From an uncultured delta proteobacterium (GTDB lineage Bacteria > Desulfobacterota > RBG-13-43-22), in assembly GCA_963711835.1 (NCBI GenBank), contig CAVQFQ010000012.1:1-64000 (forward strand): a stretch of DNA of 64,000 bases. The letters are read 5' to 3'. The notes beneath the pieces are model-generated. The model did no database searches. It saw only the letters and a program-made list of their open reading frames with translations, and was not told the DNA's origin. Position numbers and translations under genes: made by a program. Every line of letters starts with the position of its first letter. The first letter of the stretch is position 1. Below are positions 1 through 7,900 of the stretch, in pieces.

Positions 1-272
1 CTGAATGAACTTATTTTCTTTTGAATTGATTCCTAATATCCATGGAAAAAGAAGCACACACTACCGCTTAAGTAGTCACCCTGAGAAATCCGGCAACCCT
101 TGCAACCAATAACACTCCGATCAATAGGCGACCAACAAAACCAAAGTCGGGCAGGGAACTCAGGATTTTCGGCCTAAGGTTTAAAGTGCCGGGAGTATCC
201 TCGAGCTTGCCTGAAAATATGCCTTTATCGTATTTCCCTCTTTTTGTCAAGTTCATTCAGTAACTACGTCCC
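1..272. repeat. Family A palindromic element, copy 1 (left tip cut by window edge); MITE-like or structured site
   Basis: Begins CTGAATGAACTT and ends AAGTTCATTCAGTAACTACGTCCC (249-272), which are inverted termini. The interior aligns by eye with 3429-3709 and 7578-7786. Confidence 0.9.
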
Positions 273-414
273 CTTCGACTATTTTCTCCTTGTTCCATTC
301 TTTTTCTTGTTTTATACTCTTCCCATCAAAAAGCAAGTCCTTGCTATCAAAATTTTCTTCTACTCACGTTTATCGCCTCTGGCGGTAAATACTCTTTTTT
401 TGAAGCAACCTTTA

Positions 415-1608
415 TTATATGGAACCATCTCGTATCTCATCAAAAAAGGGTGTTCTTTTTTCTTCAACGCATTTTACGGCATACAGATAAAGTGCGGCGC
501 TCCAGGTTTGCCAGTCCTGCCCCATTGGTTTGCCGTCCTGGGCTTTTATCCATTCATTAAATCCAAAATCGACGCTCCCGGTATTGGAAATTTTTATACT
601 ATGGGTAAGTGCCACGAGCTTTTTCCTGGCGAGTGTGTACCTTTTAGCAGCAACTAGGGCTGCCACATAAAATCCGCATATAAAAGGCCATATACCTCCA
701 TTATGGTATTCTCCGGGCTTGTTATATATTGAATATCGCACATGCCAGTCAGGATCTTCAGGTTTAATAAAGGGGAAGAAATTAGGCGGCAGATCAACTG
801 CCAATTCACCTCTTTTTCTCATGCCTGCACACTCCTCTTCGATCCAGGAAATCATTTCATCAGCCCGTGAGGGTGATGCTATTCCGGAGAGAATGGCAAG
901 ACTGTTACCGAGCAGGTCGAACCGTTCGCTGCTATGAATTTTATATGACCAGAAAGCATAGTATGGCTTATGTTTTACCACAAGACCTTCGTGGACATGA
1001 TGGTGTATTGTCCCTCCGGTGATAGTAAACCGGCTCATCTCATGGCGCATCCTGTCTGCTCTTTCATGCTTGCCCAGGAGCCGGAGATAGCTATATACCA
1101 AGGTATTCACAAACAAACCATATCCGGTCACCCATTGTTCATCGCGCCAATCGCTTGTCGGCTGCTGGGCAACCAGGTACCGGTCTGAAGGGCTTTGATA
1201 TTCCATCCAGGTCAGGGCTTTTTCAACAGCATCATTAAGAAAGTCCGATTCACCTGATACTTTTCTGAAAATGCCAGCACCCAGCAAAAACAAAGGAGTG
1301 GTATCACTTGATCCACGATCTTCTTTGTCGTGCACCAGTGAAGGGATATGACCATGTTCTGTCTGATTTTTTGCCAGTGTTTCCAATACTTTCCGGATGC
1401 TCTCCAGAAGCTTCTGATTCTCAGAAACAGCAATTCCCAGAATGGAAAACATCAAATCCCTTGTATATGGTTCCGGATATCCCCAGCCTGCCGTACGCGG
1501 AAGTCCATGGTATGGTCCGTGGGCATTATGAAGCAGCACTTCAAGGGCGGCCTTCTTTGCCTCTTCTATCTCTTGCCAGTTTGCAGTTTTCATGGTTTTA
1601 ATTGTCAA
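415..1608 (-). CDS. Glycoside hydrolase, GH100 alkaline/neutral invertase-like (alpha/alpha)6 fold
   Basis: 397-aa ORF. Motifs YTRDL, YHNGGIWP, FNEW and QTWSAA resemble GH100 YHNGGSWP/QTWSIA. Abuts the GT gene. Confidence 0.75.
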   Translation of the reverse strand: MTIKTMKTANWQEIEEAKKAALEVLLHNAHGPYHGLPRTAGWGYPEPYTRDLMFSILGIAVSENQKLLESIRKVLETLAKNQTEHGHIPSLVHDKEDRGSSDTTPLFLLGAGIFRKVSGESDFLNDAVEKALTWMEYQSPSDRYLVAQQPTSDWRDEQWVTGYGLFVNTLVYSYLRLLGKHERADRMRHEMSRFTITGGTIHHHVHEGLVVKHKPYYAFWSYKIHSSERFDLLGNSLAILSGIASPSRADEMISWIEEECAGMRKRGELAVDLPPNFFPFIKPEDPDWHVRYSIYNKPGEYHNGGIWPFICGFYVAALVAAKRYTLARKKLVALTHSIKISNTGSVDFGFNEWIKAQDGKPMGQDWQTWSAALYLYAVKCVEEKRTPFFDEIRDGSI

Positions 1609-2751
1609 TTATTTTATTCCCAATTTATCGTTCATTATCTGTACAAACCGTTTTGCAACAACGCGGTAGTCAAAATTTTCCACTACACGTTCTCTGGCTG
1701 CTTTGCCCATTTTTTCCCGCAATGCTGCATCAGTCATAAGAACCATCAAATACTTGGCAATATCATGAACATTTGCACGGTAATCCACTGTCCGTGGTTC
1801 TTTAAATACCACTCTGTGTTTATCTTCAAAGCCCGATTCATCACCAAGCATTACTTCGTTCACAACAATTTTCTGTGCTACATTTGCCAGGAATGCTGTT
1901 TCGCCATGTACAAGCGTATCAAGCATTCCCATAGCCTTAATGCCTATAACCGGTTTTCCGCATGCTCCTGCTTCCACCTGCGGCATTCCGAATCCTTCAA
2001 GCCGGGAAGGGGCTGCATATATATCGCATGCTCCAATCAGGTAAGGCATGAAATTTCGTGAAATGGTGTTGGTTGCATAAGTGACATTTTTTTCAATGCC
2101 CAGGTGTGTCGCCATTTCCAGATCGGCCAGGTTTTGAAGCTTGGTTCGCGGCTGAGGCCATACTTTGCAGACATATTTCCAATCGGGCGCTTTAGTATCA
2201 ATGATAGCAAGCGCCTGCATTACCTCCTGTGCACCTTTTGATGCGGCATCGCCGCCAACAGTGAGAATCATTAACTGATCGGGTGAAACACCCAGCGATT
2301 CGCGCACGGCCAAAATTTTCGGATCATCCTTACTGTAAGGGATAAAAGCATCCGTATCGCAACCTACAGGTAATACTTCAATTTTATCGCCATTGATCCC
2401 ATCGCGGACATACATCTCCTTTACCCAATTCGATGTTACCAGTATAAGCGGAAGAGCATTCAAAACCTCCTGGTAGTTTGCAATATAACCATCGGCAACC
2501 AACCATGGTACCGGCTGCACGCCATACCGTTGCGGGTGAAGCACTAATTGCGGCGTGTGCCCCCAATAACCTACACCAACAACAACATCTGGCTCAAACC
2601 AGCGATAGTACCATTCCTTCTCCTGTGCTGATTCGAAATGAACAGCATGGGCATCAACACCCATTTCAAGAAGTCCCCTGTACAGAAGATCTCCCTGGGT
2701 TGCAAGCCCTCCGGGTGAAGGAGGATAATCATATAATACCAATACTTTCAT
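1609..2751 (-). CDS. Glycosyltransferase family 4 (GT-B)
   Basis: 380 aa; KGAQ and PSRLEGFGMPQVEAGACGKPVI give the GT4 E-x7-E motif. Confidence 0.9.
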   Translation of the reverse strand: MKVLVLYDYPPSPGGLATQGDLLYRGLLEMGVDAHAVHFESAQEKEWYYRWFEPDVVVGVGYWGHTPQLVLHPQRYGVQPVPWLVADGYIANYQEVLNALPLILVTSNWVKEMYVRDGINGDKIEVLPVGCDTDAFIPYSKDDPKILAVRESLGVSPDQLMILTVGGDAASKGAQEVMQALAIIDTKAPDWKYVCKVWPQPRTKLQNLADLEMATHLGIEKNVTYATNTISRNFMPYLIGACDIYAAPSRLEGFGMPQVEAGACGKPVIGIKAMGMLDTLVHGETAFLANVAQKIVVNEVMLGDESGFEDKHRVVFKEPRTVDYRANVHDIAKYLMVLMTDAALREKMGKAARERVVENFDYRVVAKRFVQIMNDKLGIK

Positions 2752-3393
2752 GCTAAAACGCCTCCATTATTAAGCCATTTTTTAGCATCATACGAATTTG
2801 TAAATTGCCAGAATGATTCTGCCCGTGGTGTTGTTTCTGCTTCAAAACTGTTTTTTTCAAATCCGTACGTTTCTGTAATTAATGCTGTATTTTCTCAGCC
2901 ATATCCGTTTCGTAAGTATGCGGTAAATAGTAGCGGTTTCGACAGGTCTGGGATAATATTCCTTATTACCATCCTCATAAGCAAAGGTCCAAAGTTCATT
3001 GGCAGATATTTTACCGGCATGCCAGAGCTTAATTACTGCTTTACTTACTTCCTCATGTCTGATATGTCTTGTATATTCTCCGGTTGGATTATGGGAAATT
3101 ATCAGGTCGAAATGCTTCGGAGGTAATAAGTCCAGTATAGCACGCTCAACCTCTTTTTCATCCAACGGCTTCTGTTCAGGACCGTCGTCAAGGTCGCCCA
3201 TGATCCCTTCTGATTTAAGAACTTTTAATGCTTTATAAAACCTGGGGGCACGTTCTTTATCGCTTCCCCGGCAAAGACAAACAATAAACCACTTCCATGA
3301 CGGATGGCTCAGTATTGTTCCGCCGGCCCATAACGTTTCATCATCGGGGTGAGCAACTATAAGGGCAACTGTTTTTGTGGATAATCGGGTCAT
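2748..3393 (-). CDS. PIG-L family N-acetylglucosaminyl deacetylase (one +1 frameshift near 2880)
   Basis: AHPDDE motif and HxxH (HIRH). Removing one base near 2880 extends the protein (...ITETYGFEKNSF...GGVLA*) to a TGA overlapping the GT ATG at 2751. Confidence 0.85.
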
Positions 3394-3428
3394 TAATAAA
3401 AATTATATAACGATTGTTTTTATTCACC

Positions 3429-3709
3429 GGGACGTAGTGACTGAATGAACTTATTTTTTTGATTTGGTTCATAGAATCCATAAACCAGAAGCACACACTA
3501 CCGCTGAAGCAGTCACCCTGAGAAATCGGGCCACATCTGCAACCGAAAGACCCTTTCGATCAACAGGCAACCAATAAAACCAGACCCGGGCAGGGGAACT
3601 CAGGATTTTCGGCCTAAGGTGTAAAATACCGGGAGCATCCGGTCGAGCTTTACTGAGATAGGCCCTTATCGTATTTCCCTCTTTTTGGCAAGTTCATTCA
3701 GTAACTACG
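3429..3709. repeat. Family A palindromic element, copy 2 (near complete)
   Basis: Left IR GGGACGTAGTGACTGAATGAACTT (3429-3452); right IR AAGTTCATTCAGTAACTACG (3690-3709); interior colinear with copy 1. Confidence 0.92.
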
Positions 3710-3731
3710 CTCTTTTCTGCTGCATCCCGCA

Positions 3732-4631
3732 TCAACTCCATTTCTCACGGAAACGGCTTAGGCGGTAGGCGAGCAGGACCCTATGGACTTGTTTGGGGGT
3801 AACCCCGGTTCGTTCAGCAATCAGCGGGTGAAGAAAAGAAGACGGGAGGCCGGAGTCAGATAGGTATTTCTGGTACTCAGCCAGGATGGCTGTTTCCTGT
3901 TCCAAGGATACATTCGAGATGTTCCGCAACTTTTCCTCACCATCATGAAGAATGTCCAGATAGCGGGAGACCTCCCAGGCGCTCAAGCCGGTCTCTTGGG
4001 TAATCTGTTCTTTGATTTCCTTGAAAGAATTTTTTCTTTCCAGATAGTTGAAATAGGCTTTTTCCACAGAGAAACGCTCTTCCCGGGTCAATTCCTTTGA
4101 TTGAGCCTGCTGTTGATTCCACTGCCTCAGGGCAAGGACAACGGTCCGGTATGGAAGTCCCATGGCAACGGCGATTGTCCTTCGCCTTCCGTTCTGTGGT
4201 CTCTCCATTCCCTGAACGTAGATTTGATATCGTTCTACGATTTCTTGAATCTGCGCCTTGGTCGGCTCGATTTCTTCCCCTGTCCGGTCGGGTGTTGTTT
4301 GCGCTTCCGTTTTGCCGACTTTTTCTTTCTCTTTGGACTCTTTCTGAACCTTGTGCTTGGTCACCTCGTCCTGGATTCCCGTTGTTGCAATCTCCTTTAA
4401 AACCTGAAACGCTGGACCATCAGCCGGTCCTAAGGTTGGGCCTTTTACAATGGATTTTTTTATTTTTGCCGATGCTTTTGGCGAGAGCCCATTTCTGGTG
4501 ACAGTCTCCTGTTGAGGCCTTTTGCGAACCTTGCCGGCACATCGCAGACATACTTTCGTCGTCCGGTCCGGGCTTAAAAAGCTCCGTCCGCACTCCTCAC
4601 AATCCTTTCTGAAGGTTATTTCTCCGGACAT
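3732..4631 (-). CDS. Hypothetical protein: N-terminal Zn ribbon plus three tandem helix-turn-helix/homeodomain-like repeats
   Basis: 299 aa; CxxC...CxxC at the N-terminus; three ~50-aa repeats with pattern T-x-[AE]-[QE]...Y-x2-Y...I-x4-G[LV]-x4-V; GGAGG RBS upstream. Confidence 0.7.
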   Translation of the reverse strand: MSGEITFRKDCEECGRSFLSPDRTTKVCLRCAGKVRKRPQQETVTRNGLSPKASAKIKKSIVKGPTLGPADGPAFQVLKEIATTGIQDEVTKHKVQKESKEKEKVGKTEAQTTPDRTGEEIEPTKAQIQEIVERYQIYVQGMERPQNGRRRTIAVAMGLPYRTVVLALRQWNQQQAQSKELTREERFSVEKAYFNYLERKNSFKEIKEQITQETGLSAWEVSRYLDILHDGEEKLRNISNVSLEQETAILAEYQKYLSDSGLPSSFLHPLIAERTGVTPKQVHRVLLAYRLSRFREKWS

Positions 4632-4687
4632 AAATCCTCCGCTCCAACTTTTCGCTTTCTTACTTCCTGAATTTTCGATATTCGATA

Positions 4688-4858
4688 GGGACGCTCTTTA
4701 GTAAATTATTGATTCCTGTGAAGTAACCCTGGTTTTTGAAATAATGATGATTCTCACAATAATTTTTTGTAGTATTTACCGGATATTGAAAACAGCATAT
4801 TTTATTATTTTACTTCAAATTGGGTTACTTCTCAGGAATCATTATTAAAGAGCGTCCC
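4688..4858. repeat. Element B: 171-bp imperfect palindrome with GGGACG/CGTCCC termini
   Basis: Left arm GGGACGCTCTTTAGTAA...TGATTCCTGTGAAGTAACCC pairs with right arm GGGTTACTTCTCAGGAATCA...TTATTAAAGAGCGTCCC; AT-rich centre. Confidence 0.9.
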
Positions 4859-5016
4859 GCATCATGGGTTGGATTGCAAACCGATTACGATACGGTGCGG
4901 GCCAAAGACGCCCTGTCTGACGTTTTGTCACGTATTCATCGTTTCGAGCCCATTCATGTTTAGCCGAGTGGCTATCTTTGTCCCCTTGAAAGATCGGTAA
5001 ATTTCAAGCCTCCAGG

Positions 5017-5119
5017 CACCTCTGCAACCGCAAGACCCTTCCGATCAACAGGTAACAGTACAATTATTCTCTGGCGAATTTCCCTCTCTTTTGTCAGGTT
5101 CATTCAGTAACTACGTCCC
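5017..5119. repeat. Family A element, copy 3 (internally deleted, right end retained)
   Basis: 5017-5056 matches the middle of A (CACCTCTGCAACCG...CCGATCAACAGG). 5075-5119 matches the right end including GTTCATTCAGTAACTACGTCCC. Confidence 0.85.
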
Positions 5120-5879
5120 CTCGATATACTTCTGGAAAAGTAAAGACGATTTCGCAAGGACCATTTTCAAGCCAATCCTCGAAAATGTCAAAGAAGTATT
5201 CAGCTCCAGGATCTTTCCGGTTGAAGTAACGATGGGGTCTTTCGGCACCACTTAGTTGAGATCTTCCAGAAAAGTGTTTCCACCCAAAGAAGCCAAGCAA
5301 CAGATGTGATCTATTGATCATAACGCCATGTATAACCGGAAAACTGTCATAGGTATAGACATTCATTTTGAACCTACTATTACTAATCTCAGATTTTACT
5401 CGCCCGATAATTGTTTGAGCTTCTCGAGACCAGTGCTCAGGAAACCACTTGCTAAATGCGCTATTAGGATTAATGAGATACAAAGAAATTTCGACATTAG
5501 AGGCAGGAGAGCTTTGCAAAATCATCGGTAGCACACTAGAAAACGAAGTACCTCCGGTAGATGCAATAATGTCAACTATAGTTTTGTATTTGTCTCTCCT
5601 CACTATTTCAGAAAGTAGAGGGGCAGCTTCTATTATTGTAGGAAACTCCCTCAAATTAAACGCTGTCTGTACACGCGTATCTAAGTTTTTAAGGGTCTCG
5701 AAGAGAATTGCTATAGAACTTACAATTGCGGCCGGGAGTAGTATGTCACGCAGGGGGCCAAGGAAGTCACCAAAGTACAATAACACCAGAAGAACAAAGA
5801 GGTCCAAATATATTATAAATGTCTTGGAAGCTTCGTATATTTCGCCAAGTTTTGCTAAAAGAGAAGGTTGCGACTTCAT
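5100..5879 (-). CDS. Hypothetical membrane protein (2 N-terminal TM helices plus soluble alpha/beta domain)
   Basis: 259 aa with a hydrophobic N-terminus. The last codons (GDVVTE*) are encoded by the family A inverted repeat. Confidence 0.7.
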   Translation of the reverse strand: MKSQPSLLAKLGEIYEASKTFIIYLDLFVLLVLLYFGDFLGPLRDILLPAAIVSSIAILFETLKNLDTRVQTAFNLREFPTIIEAAPLLSEIVRRDKYKTIVDIIASTGGTSFSSVLPMILQSSPASNVEISLYLINPNSAFSKWFPEHWSREAQTIIGRVKSEISNSRFKMNVYTYDSFPVIHGVMINRSHLLLGFFGWKHFSGRSQLSGAERPHRYFNRKDPGAEYFFDIFEDWLENGPCEIVFTFPEVYRGDVVTE

Positions 5880-6422
5880 GCTGAACCCCTTTTGCTTTCA
5901 ATCCAGCCTTCCTCAAGGGATTCAATACATGTAAGTAGCTCCTCAGCAGAATGAGTCACGAACCTCAGTTTCTCGATAGGGTTGCATGCGATTGGTCAAA
6001 TAGCTATTATTCCAGTGGAACCATATTGAAATCAAACCTGCGCTGTTAGCACCACCTATATCACGTTGTGGGTTGTTACCGACCATTATTTTGCGGCCGT
6101 AATCCTCGGGATGAATCCATAGAGCGTTCAAAGCTGTAATGAATATCTGTGGAATAGGTTTTTCTACTCCAATCTCATCAGAGACTACAAACTCATTAAA
6201 CAGATCGAACAATCCATGCTGTTGTAGAACATTCTTGTAAGTGCCCGTTTTAGTATTGGCTATCAGTGCCAATAAATAGCCATAAGTTCTCAATTCCCTC
6301 AGAATCATAACCATATTCTGGACTAAATCAGCTTTTAGTGTGGTTGAAGTATCGTCTTTTCTTTCACTTTCTTCAACCATAATAGTGTCACTATGGTCAA
6401 ATAGTACAGCCTTTTCCTTCAC
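5876..6422 (-). CDS. HAD-superfamily hydrolase (one +1 frameshift near 5985)
   Basis: AVLFDHSDT, EKPIPQIF and MVGNNPQRDIGGA motifs. The corrected frame ends at a TGA overlapping the ATG at 5879. Confidence 0.8.
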
Positions 6423-6464
6423 AATGTCCCTACCTTGTATTTCCCTATAGGATGTCCCCCTAAA

Positions 6465-7032
6465 TTAATAGTGTAATCCAATTTTCCCTTTTACTTTAAA
6501 ATAATATTTTAGTATTTTAGGATATGCTAGAGTTATCAAAGGATAAATAAAAACAAGCCTCCCAAGTACTGGATCTAGTTGATGGCCATGGAGCAATAAG
6601 GTTTCCCCTGAAAAAGTAACAATCCTCAATAATTTCAAAATTAGGAAAGTTTTCAAAAAATGATCTATGCTTTCTAATTTGATAATCGTGATTTCCTAAT
6701 ATATATTTAATTTTTGTTCCATTTTCCCCAAGAACTTTTAATAAATAAAAAATGTTTTTATTATCCTCAATAATATCATTAAATTCTGCTCTCCATAAAT
6801 CTAAGAAATCTCCATTAATAATAAAATAATCCGGTGGATCCATAATGTTTTTTTTTAAAAATATCTCAAAATAAAATGAGCTTTTATCATTATATTTTTT
6901 CTGTCCAAGATGAATATCACCAACTACAATACTTTTTGATTTAAGGTCATAAGGGTATTCATATTTAATGGATTTACATACCTCTGTTCCTTTCGCTTTT
7001 AATTTTTTAATCATTGTTATATTTTTTACCAT
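6465..7032 (-). CDS. Metallophosphoesterase (calcineurin-like; frameshift near 6612)
   Basis: GDIHLG, NGDFLD and GNHD in the first frame; LLHGHQLD in the second frame; very AT-rich. Confidence 0.8.
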
Positions 7033-7104
7033 ATATTACCCATATCATCCCATCCCCTTCCCTCCCGTTACTATCTCCCGCATTGCGGAGAGAAAGAAAA
7101 TAGA

Positions 7105-7576
7105 TCATTTCTTGCCATACCTTGCCTTGGGTTTTTTAGCCAAAAAGCCGATTTTCTTCCTTGGTTTAACCGGCGGGGGCCATGAGCTGCCGGATGGCCT
7201 CAAAAACAACCCGGAACTGGCCATCGTATTTTTTCTCCATGTCCTCAATCTTCAGCTTTAGCTCCCCATGGGTAGCCAATATCTCCCTTATTCGGGTGAA
7301 GGTCCTCAAAATTTGAATATTGACCAGGATAGCCTGCTCGCTGCTTAAGACACTGGAGAGCATGGCCACCCCGTTTTCAGTAAAAACATAAGGCAAGTAT
7401 TTGAAATGTTGTCCCCTTTTTAAGGTCACATTTTGTGACCTTAAAAGTTCTCGGGCCTCTTCCACGGTCAACTGGAACATAAAATCATCGGGAAACCTTT
7501 TCAAATTCCTTTTTACGGCTTGTTTTAAAGCCTTTGTCTCCACCCCATAGAGAACAGCCAGATCACGATCAAGCAT
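7105..7576 (-). pseudogene. ORF6N-domain DNA-binding protein, 5'-truncated, with a frameshift near the C-terminus
   Basis: [24 protein letters not shown]...[10 protein letters not shown]...[16 protein letters not shown]. Removing one C restores the typical ...PRKKIGF... tail, ending at 7105. The usual ~20 N-terminal residues are replaced by family A copy 4. Confidence 0.8.
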
Positions 7577-7577
7577 G

Positions 7578-7786
7578 ACCGCTGCGTCACCCTGAAAAGT
7601 CGGGCCACCTCTGCAACCGAAAAACCTTTCCGATCAGTAAGCTACCAACAAAACCAAAATTCCGCAGAGGAACTCAGGATTTTCAGTCTAAGGTGTAAAG
7701 TAACGGGAGTATCCGGTCGAACTTACCTGGGATATGCCTTTATCGTATTCCCCTCTTTTTGACAATTTATTCAGTAACTACATCCT
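7578..7786. repeat. Family A element, copy 4 (left part missing)
   Basis: Colinear with copy 2 from ACCGCTG...GTCACCCTG to TATTCAGTAACTACATCC. Confidence 0.88.
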
Positions 7787-7900
7787 CTTTCGTCTTTAAT
7801 AAGGAAGAGGATCTAGTCGTTGACATCCGTCCCTTCGAGGAATATCGGCGCGGGAGCGTCCGATCCGAACAGCTTCTTATTCTGGACAATCCACTCCCCG

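Noticed and set aside
68-256. 62-aa ORF inside family A copy 1 as a peptide gene
   Set aside because: The same frame in copy 2 stops after 15 codons, so the element is non-coding.
3420-3720. Conventional target-site duplication around A copy 2
   Set aside because: The flanks (TTCACC versus CTCTTT) do not match, so a simple DDE-type MITE insertion is not demonstrated.
1000-7420. General enrichment of GTCCC
   Set aside because: It also occurs inside coding sequence (about 1010, 2674, 7411) at roughly the chance frequency; only the junction instances were kept.
1-7786. Family A repeats as a CRISPR array or canonical attC sites
   Set aside because: Units are ~285 bp and kilobases apart, with no spacer periodicity and no cas genes. 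RYYYAAC/GTTRRRY ends and an intI gene are absent.
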